A DNA stretch of 64,000 bases from Vitrella brassicaformis CCMP3155 (GCA_001179505.1 CDMY01000315.1:1-64000); one strand, 5' to 3'; numbered from the stretch's first letter, positions 12,278-26,888 are shown. Notes: generated from the sequence alone by a model not told the origin. A program made the numbers and translations.

Positions 12278-14035
12278 TCAAACCGAGTATGCAACACTGG
12301 CAGCATCGTGCTCTGTAATCCACTCCGTGCTCATCGTCTGACGTGTTTTGCTCATCTGCGGCTTGGTTTCTGCATTCGCTTGCACGTTCATTCCTGCACG
12401 CCGCTCCATGATGATTGTATGGAGCGTGGCGCCCCCTTTGACGGCTATTGTCGAGGTTGTGACCTTGATCGAGATAGCGGTTGTCAGGCGGTCAGTCGAT
12501 CTTGCTCCATACAGGATGGTGAGAACCAGAATGGGCACCTCGAGTAGCGACGCCGCGAAGAGAGATGCGTGCTGCCATAAGGTCGCCCTTATTCGGATGC
12601 CGTAAGCGATAGCAGCACTGATCGTGTCCACTTGGCAGAGGAGAAGGACTGCCACTCCAGGCAACACTACGCCATGAGTAATCATCCCCATTCCCACAGC
12701 TGCACAGACGACAAGAAAAACAACTGTGACAGCTGGCTTGTGAAGAACTCGATGCCCACTTACCCAGGTCCGACATGAAGTCTACAATGGTGAGCAGGAA
12801 GGTAATAGACTTGAGCACTCGATCGAAGTCTAACGCGTCCATCGCCCTTATAGACGGCACATACTTCCCAAGCAGAAAGAACAGTCGGCTGTGCTCCGCC
12901 CACATATGCTCCGAGGCCGTTAGCATGCGTGTGTGAGGGACATCCACCAAGCTGTACATGTGGTATATAGCTGATAGCCATCGACTCTCACGCAGCTTCT
13001 TCAGCATGTCCTCGTCAGTAAACAGTCGTGGCTGGGCATTGAGGGCAAAGGCGGGCGTGATCATTCCCACATAGATACACAAGACCAGCAGGGTAAGCGC
13101 ATAGCCGAACGCTGCAGACAAACGAAGGAACAGAAAAGGGTTAAGTGCGCCATGAGCCAAGGGCGAAAGCTTAAGGTTGCTCAGCTTTGAATTCAGCCAA
13201 GTGATCTGTTTGGCTGCCAAGTGATCTGTTTGGCTTCCTTACCCGTATAGAATAGGACGCCGGCCATTACAAGAACCCCATACATCAGTGCCAAGCATTG
13301 AGTAGCCAGACTCTTGTACGTGCCATAAGGAAACAGCAAATTGACGGCAACCAGCAGCAGGGGATCTCCCGCTGCAAACAAGCAAACGACCGCCAAACAA
13401 GTGACCAAAGAAAGGCTGACAACTCAAAACAGTGGTTGGCACCCACCAATGCCGCTCATAGCGTAGATGGCAGCCCACTTTGATTCGGGAGCACGAACAA
13501 TTGAGACCGCCCCAACCACAAAGAGCCACACACAGCCAAGAACTGTTCAAGGCAAAACACCAATCAGCACAAGCACATCCCCCTTCCCTTGTTATTTCTT
13601 ACAGCACGATATCCACTGGAATCGCATCTTGGCGGGCACATCGGGGAGATAGAACCTCAGTCTCGGGGACCCCCACACGTCCACCACAAGATCCATCACC
13701 AGATACTTGGCAGGGAAATCCGCGGTGGCCTCCTTGACGTCGTCATCCCCACACGAAGAGTGGCTGGGGCTGGGATCTTGGTCGCCGACGGCAAGGCTCA
13801 CTTGATGTGCGCGTTGCCGTAAGGGTAAGGGAAAGAAGGGCCCCCTTTTGCTTGGCTCAGCCGCTGCCGCGGTGGATGTTGCCAAGTCGAGCACGTCACT
13901 GACAGATCTCGATGGCATGCCTGTTGATGCTGCGCGAATGGCATCGATGTCGTCCAGGGGTGGCAGCACAGAATAGCGTGGGAGGGCGGTTGCCGAGAAA
14001 CAGGAGAGGATGCCATGCCCCAGGCGCACCAACAT
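12278..14035 (-). CDS. Multi-pass membrane protein of unknown function (copy 1), 5' end approximate
   Basis: Exons ..PAKYLVMDLVVDVWGSPRLRFYLPDVPAKMRFQW, GDPLLLVAVNLLFPYGTYKSLATQCLALMYGV, AFGYALTLLVLCIYVGM..LLTIVDFMSDLG and AVGMGMITHG..LLEVPILVLTILYG..AYSV*. All are conserved in the paralogue at 44.0-45.8 kb. Confidence 0.75.
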
Positions 14036-14622
14036 ATCTCATGCCCAGTCGTTGGAGATGTCACCAGGGTTTGGGGGTTACAGGGTACGGTCTCAAACCC
14101 TGAACCTAGCACGAAGGTCTAGGGTTTGGGGAGGAATAATCGAAGGAAAGCACCATACGCCGGGAACACGCCACCGGAACTGGAAGCAATACATGAAGCG
14201 TCGACAGCCCTTCAAAAGAGCCGTCTATTCCGAGACACAAGACAAGTCAGCATGTACAGTAACAACATCATGAACAGACACGAGAGCTGCTTATTCAGAC
14301 ACACAAGACACGCCACTATGTATAACACTACCATCATGGACAGACCCGCGAAAGCAGACACGCACTGCTTCTCTATTCAAGTCAAACTGTCTGGGGAATA
14401 GCATTATGAAGAGGATGAGACATGCATGGATGCATGGAGGCTCAACCGGGCCCCGCCCACCTCAGGTTAGTGGGCGTGGCCCGGCTGAATCCACACGTCG
14501 AGCTCTACTTATCCTTGCCTTGGCAGCTCGTCAAATGCAAAACGCCAGCTCCCATGGCGCATCCGATCGACACATGCATGTATCTTGTGTGCACACATAG
14601 AGAAAAACATATTTAATCGATG

Positions 14623-15802
14623 CTATCTGGGTATCCCCGCATGCTGAACCGTTTCATCCTCTTCATCCGTTTCGTCCTCCACCGGTCCGTCGGCAGTAAA
14701 CGGCATGTCACTGTGCGCGACGGGCACCGGCAGCGAACTCATCGTCCGCCGCCTCTTCTCCACACAACTCAGAAGGCCAAACGCCTCAGCTGACGGATCT
14801 TCAGGCGCACAGTCCAACGGCAGTTATCCACACATCCCATGCTGCCCATGACGGCTAATCGGGATATCGCTGATTGCGAGAACAGCGGCGTCACCAGCCC
14901 CGCGTGTAAGGGCTCGCCAGCCAAGTACAGATTGGGAGGGCGCCTGAAGCAACCTCGCGGGTCGAGTGTGACGACGAACGAGGGGATGGCAGCGCCATGG
15001 GGTCTGATCATAGTGCAATCGGAAGAAAGCTTGCACGTCGTCGTTGAGGAGTGGCATCCATTTTCTTACGTGCATGTGGGGCACCACCAGTTTTCCTCGG
15101 GCACGGCGGTCAGCCTGTGGTCCACCGGGACGCATGGCGGATGAATGGAAGCCGCTGTCGCATCTTTTACACAGCATGATGGTTGGCGGCTCCTTGTTGC
15201 TGCCGCACACGATGCACCCGATGTCGTCGCACCAAATCTGCAGAGCGTCCCTTAGTGCCCTCTGCCGCTAGTGCATTTCCACTTCCACCAAACGATCCTC
15301 GTCGTTGGCAACATCGTTTAGAGGCTGGCTCCTGCCGATACGCCTGCGCGAATGGGACGTAGTCTGTGCTAAACGGAATGAGATCAAAGTGCCGCGTGTG
15401 CCCACTGACAGACAGACAGACAGACAGACAGACAATCGATGCGATGCGTTCTTTTGTGTATAGTGCAGCTGTGCATACTACCGCCAGGATCTGAATAAGT
15501 ACAGGTTGGCGTTCTCCTGTCTGCGGGTCGCTGAAATCCACAACCTTGGCTGGCTCGGCGGTGACGTCATGCTGATCCGCGTCGTCGTCGGCACGTCGGG
15601 GCACAGCCCAGCACACCAACTGAATGCCAACACGGCCCACAGGAAACCACAGCACAGTAGATGAAACCTCGGTGAGCGAGAGCGAGTCAAGCACAATGAC
15701 TGATTGTCGGTTGTGTGCGGTGCTTCTGTACCAGTCGATGGGAAACTGTTGTCTGTCGGCGGTGAGCCAGCGCCAGACATTCTGAAACCGCTGAGGGAGC
15801 AC
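14623..15802 (-). pseudogene. Decayed PHD-finger-containing gene
   Basis: QIWCDDIGCIVCGSNKEPPTIMLCKRCDSGFH then a frameshift to HPPCVPVDHRLTAVPEENWWCPTC, which together make a C4HC3 PHD. There is an in-frame TAG 11 codons upstream and another stop downstream. Confidence 0.75.
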
Positions 15803-16392
15803 GAAAGGCTCAGACGATCACTCCTCTGAGCGCCGAGTGCATGCCGTATGGGTCGCACTCCACATTCTCCTCTAATCTCCCAACGAACAACGACTCAGAA
15901 CATTCGTTCCAATCGTAAACTTAGCTCGCACCCGTGGCCTTTGTCGATCACAAAAGATTTAGGGTTAGGGTTTGAGGTTATGAGCCTGGTGGTTTAGGAA
16001 CTACTCAGTGAGTTTTTCTTTCTCCCGAAACTCTATCGTGTCACGTCGAGATCGTTTTTATCTCCTGCGCCGACGGCTTCCGGTTAACGGCGCCGTCGGC
16101 CCTAACTCATTAGGCCGGGGACGGCATCGGGACTAGCAAATTGCAGAATAGAGCTGAGTCAGACAGCTGCTGAGGTGTCTGCGGTGGAAGCACGTCACCG
16201 AACGACCACAGCGAACTCATAGCAGGTATGCCCACTGCACAGAGAGAGCGATGGCAGGGCACTGCACTCGTCATTCATCGCATTTGCGCTGCTGCGTGTT
16301 GCCAGGAGCCTCGCCCTGCTGCTGCGGCAAGTCGCCTCTTACCTGACGGCATAGCATATATAGATACGAGACCAACGACCACCCCACGACCC

Positions 16393-17800
16393 ATGGCAGA
16401 CGCGTCCGATGACGACGGTCCCACATGCGCCGTCTGTTTCGACGGGTGGGAGGTAGATGGCGACCAGATGCCGATGAACCTCGGCAGATGCGGTGGGCGG
16501 ACGGACACACACGTCAACACACACAGGCGGGTGGACCTGTGGAATGCATTCCCTCTCGTCGTATGGGTGTTGATGCATGTGGTGGATGCAGGCCACGCCC
16601 TGTGCAATGGGGTGAGCGCACAGTACACACACACATACGTTATGAGTCGGCAAGGAGGCCAGCATTTTTGGCTGTGTGCCCTTCTGCAGTGTGTGAGGCG
16701 ATTGAAAGGAGCCAATGGTAGCATCATATGCCCCACCTGCAAGTAAATGAAGCTAAACACACATGCCATATGCTCACATGCCCTTCCCCACTCTTATCTC
16801 TCTCTGTCATGTGTGGCAGGGTGGTCAGCACGGCGGCCTGTATTACCAAGTCGTACGACATGATCAAAGTGCTCAAGTATCTGCGGAAGGAGAACGCCTC
16901 TACACGCATCGCCGAGTATGAGGGAGATGGAGCCAGCCATCACATCACGGCCGATCTGGTGTCTTCATTCTTTGCTTGCACTGTGCTGTTTGTGTGCAGT
17001 CTGCAGGGCCGTGTGGGCGAGCTGATAGCCGGCAAGGCCTCTCTGCAGTCGCTCCACAAGCCACTGGTGCGCACACACGCTTTCACCCACACACGAGCCG
17101 GCTGATGGATGAATGGATGGATGGATGATCTCTGGTGCGTATGGTGGTATTGATTGTGTGCAGGTGAATCTACCGGAGGGCACTTCACTGACTCAGTCGC
17201 AGTACTACGGCCTGCTAAAACTGATGGGCGACTACACCATGAAGTTGCGGTCGCTCTATCGGTAGGCAGCGCACGTTCTATCCATCCACTGCACTCCCGG
17301 ATGTGTGCCGAGTGTGGTGCAGCACATCTCTCCACGGCACGGCGTACGGCGACCTGCTCGACAGGGTCGGCGACAAGACGCGCCTGGTGTTCATCATCCG
17401 CAAAGACGAGTACGTCTTCGGCGCCTCAATCAGTGCCGGTCTGCGGCTGCCCGACGACCCGACTGACACCAACCACTACAAGTGTGACGTGTTGCGTTTC
17501 TCGCTGGCCGGCCACTTCGCGCAGCCCACCATCATAGAAGACATCCCACCAAGATATGGGCATGTAACGGTGGCGGGGAGGGAGGGAGGTGTGTTCGGTG
17601 AGAGAGTGTTCATCGGTGGGTTTCTGGCTTTGGGTCCATGGATGACGGCCGATATCCGCAGCTGCCAGCTGTTGACCCACAGGGACGATGTGCCTGCAGG
17701 CTACACTGGGGTGAGGGATAGGTTTGACCATGCACTGCTGGGGGGGTCGTTTGAGTTCCATGCGGATGAGATTGAGATACTGACAGTGGTGGCACAGTGA
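16393..17800 (+). CDS. RING (C3HC4) finger plus divergent TLDc domain protein
   Basis: CAVCFDGWEVDGDQMPMNLGRC|GHALCNG|CVRRLKGANGSIICPTCK forms the RING. The spliced KLRSLYR|TSLHGTAYGDLLDRVGDKTRLVFIIRKDEYVFGASIS..FSLAGH..GGSFEFHADEIEILTV is TLDc-like. Confidence 0.82.
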
Positions 17801-17945
17801 GTCAGTGAGGGGAAGGAGGGAGGGAGGGACGGGATGTACTTCTCCCTTTACCTATCTACCCATCGGTGAGCGTCTGGTGACCTCTGATGTCGTGTGTACA
17901 TACATACGTCCAGAGTCATTGACGCACGATAGTGACATGGAAAAG

Positions 17946-18245
17946 NNNNNNNNNNNNNNNNNNNNNNNNNNNNNNNNNNNNNNNNNNNNNNNNNNNNNNN
18001 NNNNNNNNNNNNNNNNNNNNNNNNNNNNNNNNNNNNNNNNNNNNNNNNNNNNNNNNNNNNNNNNNNNNNNNNNNNNNNNNNNNNNNNNNNNNNNNNNNNN
18101 NNNNNNNNNNNNNNNNNNNNNNNNNNNNNNNNNNNNNNNNNNNNNNNNNNNNNNNNNNNNNNNNNNNNNNNNNNNNNNNNNNNNNNNNNNNNNNNNNNNN
18201 NNNNNNNNNNNNNNNNNNNNNNNNNNNNNNNNNNNNNNNNNNNNN
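17946..18245. other. Assembly gap (300 N)
   Basis: N run in the intergenic region. Confidence 0.99.
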
Positions 18246-18783
18246 GCAGGAAAATTATCTGTTGCGCACTGCAATGCATGATTACTCACACTGCTGTGTC
18301 CATCGCTGTGGAGTGGGCCTGGGTGGTATGCCTGCCTGAGTGCCATCAAGCAGGGCCATCGTAGCTCGTTTTTCTGCCTGCCTGCCTCCCTGGCTGTGGA
18401 TGTGTGTGCGGCCGTATTTCCTTCCTTCCACCGCTGTGTGCCGACAAACAAAGATGAGCAATGAACGAGTGAATGGTGCGGCTGTCGGATTGCTTTATTG
18501 CGTTCATTGTGCACCTACATGGCCTGCTCTGGCGGATGGACACCCTCGCTGTGTGTGCATGGGACCGATCGTGGGTGTGCAGCTTAGTTCAATGCACTCG
18601 TTTGCTGTGCCTTCAATCATTCACACATCGAACAAATATCACTCACACGAGAGAGTCACCTCACCGACGCACACACACAGCGTCCAATCCAATAAAGACA
18701 CCCACCACCTCCCATCCACTCACTCACCCCAACGCCCGCCCAGAGAGAGAAACATGGCTGGCTGGCTACATGGCTAGGCTAGG

Positions 18784-19711
18784 CTAGCAGGTGGTGAGAA
18801 CGAGTTTGGGCATGATGCACATGGCCATGAGCTCCTGGAAGAGCAGCTTGCATGCGTAGGGCAGGCAGATCTGGCTGATGTTCGTCTTCTTCTGACACGC
18901 GCGGCACTCGTAATGGTGACGGTGCAAATTCGCCACCGCAAATGTCCCACACTGACACACACACACGCAGAGAGAGAGGGGGTGGATGGTAGGTGGGTGG
19001 GATGCTTCTGAGGGACTGACTGGACTCACTCACCTCGTCGCACACATGGACTCGGTAAGCGTCGCTCATGTCGAAGAGGCGCTCCTTAAGCATCTTGGCC
19101 GCCCCGTGGGAAATCATGCAGTCCCTCTCCATCTCACCAAACCTACCCAGACACAGGCACACGGAACGGACACACACACACACACAGAGGGTGGGGTGTG
19201 CGATGCGATGCGAGCGTCTGTCTGTGTGCTTGTTGCCAGCTTGCTTACCGAAGGCCGCCCTCTCTCGCCCGGCCCTCCATCGGCTGGCGCGTCAGCATCA
19301 CCTGCAAGTCAAGTGTGTGTATGTAGTGGGTCACAGACCTTTTTGTCTGGATGCCTGTGTGTGGATGTGTGTGCGTACCACCGGCCCTCTGGCTCGCGAG
19401 TGGATCTTGTCGTCGACCATGTGTTTGAGCCGCTGGTAGTAGGTGGGCCCGATGAAGACGCGCGCATTCAGCCGACGGCCGGTGTAGCCGTTGAACAACA
19501 CCTGAAGGCACACACACGGAGGGAGAACACACGTAGAGTAGATGGACGTCTGTCTGTCTGTGTGTCTGTGTGTGCGGCGGGTGCGACTGACCTCCATCCC
19601 GTGCTTCTGGTAGCCGAGTGCGTGGAGGTTGGCCGAGATCTGCTGCACCGTCAGCTGAATAGTGATGCCAACACGCACACACAGACAGACAGACAGACAC
19701 ACAGAGAGACA

Positions 19712-19747
<36 letters not shown>

Positions 19748-21226
19748 TGGTTTGCTCACTTTGGTGAATGGCGTAGCGTCACCCTCCATGCCGCCCACAC
19801 AGCACACCTTGCCCAACAGACACTCAATCAGATGACCTGCACACACATCCATCCATCCATCCACCTCAGCCTGTCTGTGGCTGTCGGTGGCTGTGCTGCG
19901 GGCCGATACCGATGGTCATTCGGGAGGGGATGGCGTGAGGGTTCATGATGATGTCCGGACAGACGCCGTCGCGCGTGAAGGGCATGTCCTCCTGGTTGAA
20001 GGTGATGCCGATGGTGCCCTTCTGCCCGTGGCGCGACGCAAATTTGTCGCCGATCTGCGGAATCCGGATTGAGCGCACCTGCACGCCACCACACACACAC
20101 ACACACACACATGTAGATAAAACCGTATTAACAGCATTGTTCTCTCTCTCTCTGCGTCTCTCTGTTTAGATTGACGTGACGCACTCGCTCACCCGGACTT
20201 TGGTGAACCTGTAACCCTTCTCGGAGAGGGAGAGCATCACGCGATCCACCACGCCGTTCTCAGACGGCCCTGGGCAATGAATGCACGCAACAGAGAGAGA
20301 GAGAGATGTCGATGTGCAAATGTTCGTCAGTGTGTCGCTCTCTCTCCCTCTCTCCCTCCCTCCCTCCCTCTGTCTGTCTCCGCTTAGCTATCTTACTGAG
20401 TCCCAGTGACGAGTCCTTTTTGGTTTTCCGCTGGATCTGCGCCTCCTCCTCAATGCCCCGCCGGCTCTCCTCCTCCTCACTCTCGCGGATGTCAGCAGTC
20501 TGACCACACAACACAGTCGTAGGTAGATAGAGATGTGCAAGTGAGCGGCTCCACTAGGTGTGTGTGTTTCGGGGAGAGAGAGGAAGGGGGCGCTATGCAG
20601 TACACAACGCAACCCACCTTGCCAATGATTATGTCCCCGCCAAGCACGCGGCTGCCGGGAGCGATGAGGCCGTCCTCGTCGAGCTTGGAGTAGTCGCCCC
20701 GCCGCATGCCGAGGGTGTTCTCGGGGTCGGGCTTCTCAAACCGATCTAGGTACACCTGCAGGCCATGTGTGGTGTGTGCACCTGATGATTGACCGATGGT
20801 GTCAGTGCGTGTGCTTGGGTGGGTGGTACCTCTCCGCCAGTTTTGCGCTCTTCAGCAGGATAAGACCTGTGCCCATCAGTGACGCGGGCAACCACACACA
20901 GACGTCAGTCATCCGCCATAATCAATTTATTGAACATATGTGTGTGTGTGTGTTTACCGACCGGTAGAAGGCCGATCGAAAGAGCCCTCGGTCGATGGAG
21001 GCCTGGTTCATGATGAGCGAGTCCTCCTGGTTGTACCCACTGCACACACACACACACAGGCATCGTGTAGGGTTCAGGGCTAGGGTTTGAAACCCTAGAC
21101 CCATGACCCCTCGGAAGCCCCGACCGCACCTGTAGCACATGATGGCGACGATGGCGTTGATGCCGGCCGGCAGCTTGTCGAAGAACAGATGCTTCATCGC
21201 ACGTGTCATGACGAGCGGTTTCTGCA

Positions 21227-21265
<39 letters not shown>

Positions 21266-22574
21266 TTGGCAGGGGAGGCGTGTGTGTGGGTGTGGGTGTG
21301 TGTGGGTGTGGGCGTCCCCTGGGCATTGCCTGTGGGTAGTAGAGGACATGGGCGAGGGTGTCCATCCGCAGGTTGTAGTTGCTCGCGTAGACGCCCATAG
21401 CCTTATGGTTTGTCGACACACACACACACACTTGCACACAATTGGACCTCGGCGGCATGGTATGGTCTCTCTGTGTGTGTCTGTCTGGGGGTCTGACCTG
21501 CTTCCCCATAGCGGACTGGTAGCAGTTCCTGGGCGACTGGTTGTGGTCGGGGAACGGGATGATGGACGCGCACACACCTGATCCATCCATCCATCTATGT
21601 GTGTGTGTGCCTCGCTCGGGTGGGCTGGCTGACGTGACTGACGCACCAAGGATCATCGATGGGTGTATCTCGCAGTGGGTGTAGGTGGAGCAGTAGGACT
21701 GGCCGTACTCGAGGTCGTCGAGAAACATCGCCACCATACAGGTCTCCTCCTACATCACCATAGACAGGCAGATAAATAACCAACGGACAGCACAGCCCCG
21801 GTGTAGAATTGAATTGCGATTGCAGAGGGTGGGTGCACTGCACTGACCTCTTCCGTGTCGATGTACTCGACGAGGCCCTGGCGGATAAGATCGTTTTCCT
21901 CCTCATTCTTGGAGTACCACCTGAGCAAACACACACACAGACCCAGGCGACAGACGGACGCCATATGTGGGAGGGAGGGAGAGCGAGGCGGTTTGTGCGG
22001 TAGGTACCTTACATACCTGATCTCTGGCGGGTCGCTCTGGATTTGCTCGATGTGCTTCTTCTTGATCGCAAGCCTGCACACACGCAGAGTTGTGTGTGTG
22101 TGCATATCTCTGTCTCTCTCTCTCTCTCTGTATTTGTGTGTGTGTACTTTTGGTTCTTATTGACAACGAAGAGCGGCCTCGATGCGCGGCCGCCATCAGT
22201 GAAGACCTTCACCTCCTGCACAGACACACACACGGGGATACACAGCTCTGTGTGGGTAGTGGTGGGGGAGGGGGAGGGGGTGGTTGCCTGGTTGTTGATG
22301 TCCCGGACGATGGAGATCTCAAAGTGTATGGTGCCCTGCCGCCGCATCTTTCTCAGCTGGTCGACCAGCTCCTTGCCGTCGCTGTGCATGCCGATCCAGT
22401 TGCCGTTGAGGAACACCTGGGGACAGGCACACCAACACAAGCAAGTGTCGCATCGATGGATGGATGGATGTGTGTGTGGGTGCCTTGGTTCGGTGTTTGA
22501 TCTCGGTGGGCTGCACTTCGTCCAACGAGTCGAGTCCTAGCTCCTGAAGGCACACACACACACAGACACATGCG

Positions 22575-22605
<31 letters not shown>

Positions 22606-25600
22606 GTGTGTGGGGTCGATACCTTGATACTGTCTTCGATGTCATCGGCTTTCTGGCCCACCGTGATGTAGGACATCAGCGCCAGATTCTTGACCAAACC
22701 AACAGCCTGGAGACCACACACACACAGCCACACAGATGGAGAACGGTCCGCTGTGTATGTGTGTGTGTGTGTGTGTGTGTTGCATTCGGTGCACTACTCC
22801 ACTCACACACCTACCTGTCCTTCTGGCGTCTCTGCCGGGCAGATCATGCCCCAGTGAGTGTTGTGCAGCTGACTGATGGGACAGACACCACACACGAAGG
22901 TCAATAGTACTCACACATAAGATGGGCAGGCAGGCAGGCAGCTGTGCGCACCGACCGTGGCTTGGCGAGTTTGCCCTCTCTGCCGAGCGGCGTGTTGAGC
23001 CGCCGCAGGTGGGAAAGCTGTGAGGCGAATGTGAGCCGGTTGAGCACCTGATTGAACACACACACAGAAGTAACGTGTTGATGCCCGGTGGGGCAGAATG
23101 GTGTTAATACCTGTGAGACGCCGGTCCTGACGGTCTGGCCCTCTCTGTTTTTGCCCCAGTTGCCCGTGGCCAGCTGGTACTTGAGGCCCCGCTCGATCTC
23201 CATGCCAGCATCCTTGACGATCTTGCCTGTCACCACACACACACACGCACACACACACACACATGGACACGCTGCTCTCCATCTGTTAAAGGGATCACCT
23301 AGGTCGAAATCGTCACCCAGATCGACCTTCCGCTGCACCTGCCGGCGCACATCCTTCGCCACACGCCTGTTATCACACACACAGACACACGAGAGAGAGA
23401 GACGCTCACGTGTAGTCGTGTGTGTGGGTGGTGCAGGGGGTGGTGGTGGTCACCTGAAGAGCTGCCCGAAGCTGGCGGCCATGAGGCTGCCGGTGAGGTC
23501 GAGCCGCTTCTTGCCGAAATGGTCGCGATCGTCTTCCTGAATCCTGCACCCACACACACAGCACCACATTACACCACTGACAGATGAATGCGAACCTTGA
23601 TAATCTCTCTCTCTCTCTCTCTGAGGGTACCGTCCGAGTCGCCCCAGGAGCATCCTGTGGACCATGTAGCCGATGTAGTAGGCCTTCCGGGCCAGCGAGT
23701 TGGCGTCAATGCCGAGGTGCGGCAGAAGCTCCTTGCACAGCAGCTCCCGAGCGTATTGGATGCGCTTCTCCTTCGTCACGGTTGTGGCGGGACCTGCACA
23801 CACCAGCCCAGCCAGCGACATGTGTGTGGGGGGGATGGATGGATGGCTCTGGAGGGGAGGGATGTGTGGAAGCGAAGCGCACCTCTGCGCCCGATCCAAT
23901 CGAGACAGACTTCCTCCTCGTCATAGTCTCTTGCGTGGTCGACCGAGGGCTTTAGCAAGTCCAGCATCGCCTGCCAGTCAGGTCGATCCCCCCCCCCCAC
24001 ACACACACGTGTGTGGCGATGCGTGTGTGTGTGTGTGTGTGGCTTACCCGGTCGTCGAAGTTGTAGACAATTCGCTCCAGGATGTCTTTCTCGCTGTTGA
24101 CCCTGTTGGCACACAATCATTGATTGGCACACACACACACACCGACCCGACACACATCATGATGATGAGGTGCTGTGCTATGGGGGCGCACACACCGACC
24201 CGCCAAACGTGCCAGCCGACCAGACCTGAGCGCGCGGAAAAGAATGACGATCGGCACTTCCGACCGGATGTAAGGGATGGTGGCCAGAATCTGCCAAGCC
24301 AAGCCAAGCCCCCCACCACACACACCGACCCCACACACATCACAATCACACACACACACACACACAAATATCTATCTCTGTGTCGGTCGGCATGCTCACG
24401 AACTAACCCGGTCAGAAGGGTTGTCCTTGGCTGCGCGTCCGCCGCCGCCGGTGGAGGGCGCCCGCATCTTGACGCTGAAGGGCGAGGTGGCCTGCATGCC
24501 CTCGGCGCAGCTCCGCACCTCGACGATCCATGACCTAAGAAAAAGCGCATGTGTGTGTTGGTGTGGTTGTGGGAGGAAGAGAGAGGGCAGAGAGGGGGAG
24601 GGGAGGTTACCATTTGGATGGCTGTTTCTTGTGGAAGGCGTATACGAAGTTGTTGGCCATCCTCTCCTGCGCCACCAGCACCTTCTCGCTGCCGTTGATG
24701 ATGAAGTAGCCACCCTGTTAATTGACAAAGTTAGTTAGCCACACACACACACAGACAGACACCCACAGCACATCACAGCCACGGTGTGTTGATGTGATGT
24801 GTGGGCGTGCGTGCCTGGTCGAAGATGCATTCGCCGCATTCGGCCCTCTCTTTGTCGGTGAGGGCGGAGAGCCAACAGAACTCACTCCGCAGCATCATCG
24901 GAACCTGCACACACACACACACACACACACATACACCACACACACACACAGGTGGTCTGTCTGAGCGAGCAGCGGACCCACCTTACCTTGCCACACTCGA
25001 GCTTCGAGTACGTCTTCTCCTCGACCTTGTCGTCGTCTGTGCACTCTGTGACCATTCACACCCACAACCACACACACACAGACAGAGAGAGGGAGAGAGG
25101 GATGGATGGATGGATGTGCGTGTTGTTCCGTTCCCTTTGTCACCTCTGCCGTCCTCCGGCACTCGGTAGACCTTCTGCACGATGTCGACATAGAGCTGCG
25201 ACGAGTACCTGCACACACAAAGCCGCAAGGCGCACAGGGGGTGAACGGGCGCTGTGTATCTGCCTGAAATGCGTCCTAACGTACGTGAGGTTTCTGAGCC
25301 TGGCGACGTTGGGCATGAGCTGCTCCTTCTGCTCGTCCTCTATCTGCCACACACACACACACACACACAGAGTCCGTCTGTCTGCCTGATGGATGGGCGC
25401 ATTGATCGCATTTGCCATTCACTGGCTGAGCTGACTGACCAGCTGCGGCTTGTTGAGCGAAAGCTGGCTGAACTTGAGCTCATACTTCAGCTGACCCGAC
25501 ACACACACACAAAACGTGCAGGCCAAGCAGATCCATGGGCGGACGGATGGCTGGGGGGGTGTTACCGATTCGTCGGTGCTGCTGGAAGGTCCGTACTGGC

Positions 25601-26817
25601 TCTGCGGCTTGATCTCTAACGCAGGATGCTCATCGACCAGCTCCTGTAAGATCAGACAATCGCGCACACAGGAGAGGGAGGGAGGGTTGGTGGCTGCACG
25701 GCACTGCACTCGTCTGTGTCTTTGCGCGGCAGAGACGCACCGACCGACCTGCATCTTGAACATCATGAAGTCGTTGAAGGACTCGGTCTGCTGGTACACC
25801 AGGCCCTTCTCGTGGAAGTACAAGTCGACCACGTGCCAAGGATCCTTTAAGGGACACACACACACACATCCATATCGATCCATCGATGTGTGTGGTCGCG
25901 AATCTCTCGCCGTTGTCCGTCCGGTGCGCTTACTTCGTTTTCGATCTCAGCTGAGTCGTCGATGCCCTCCTCCTCCTCGAGCTTCTCCTCGAGCAGGGTG
26001 GCCTCCAGGTCCTGGGCAGATAGATCAAATGCGATGGTGGGTTGGGAGGAGGGATACACACACACACAGCAGAGAGAGGGCCACTGCTTGCAGTGCGGTG
26101 GTCTGTTGCGTCATCACATCACGTAGACTCACCTCGTACTCCTCTTCCTCATCCTCTTCCAGATGATCCTCTGCACACACATCAACACAGACACACACAC
26201 ACACACGCATGGATCCCTCTGTCCTCTGTGACCAGACAGGTCAGACAGACGCGCAGTTTGCTGAGGCCGACTGACCTCGCTCTTGCTTGACATATTCGTC
26301 AGGCTGCAAGTCGTGCTGCTGCTCCCCGATGCCGCCGCCCATCTCCTGCTCGCCGAACAGGTCGTCGTCATCCTCATCACCGCCGCCACCCATACCGGGC
26401 TCACCACCTGTCGGACACGCACACACACCAGAATAGTCCCTCTCTCTCTCTCTCTCTCTCTCTCTGAGGGAGTGGCTGGGTCACCTGTTTGCTGCTGTTG
26501 CTGGTGCTGCTGGTGATCGCCATCTCCACCTCCATCACCGCCCTGCTCCTCCTCCTCACTGTCCAGCCTACACACACGCCAACACAACACAACACACAGC
26601 ACGTGACTGACGTGATACACACGCAGCACAGAAAGAGACAGACAACACAGACACCCATGACAGCCAGCCTCCGAGCTCACCCAAGGACGTCATGCTCCTC
26701 CTCTCCTTCATCTTCGTCCTCTTCATCTTCCTCGTCACCATGGCCGTACGGCGGCGGCACTGGCGGCGGGTAGCAGCCGCCTCCGCCGCCACCACCGGCG
26801 GCATAGGGATCAGCCAT
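18784..26817 (-). CDS. RPB2: DNA-directed RNA polymerase II second-largest subunit, about 30+ exons
   Basis: Spliced motifs [66 protein letters not shown]|[88 protein letters not shown] and [29 protein letters not shown]. Confidence 0.98.
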
Positions 26818-26888
26818 ATATATGCTCCGGACGCCACTACTTCCGCTTCTCTCGCCTTTACCTCAAGAGATCTCCTTCACCCTGACGT

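Noticed and set aside
13196-13235. 20-bp tandem duplication gccaagtgatctgtttggct x2
   Set aside because: It lies within an intron with no coding effect and is probably slippage.
18784-26817. RPA2/RPC2 or bacterial rpoB assignment
   Set aside because: It is spliced, and [15 protein letters not shown] and [14 protein letters not shown] are RPB2-type signatures.
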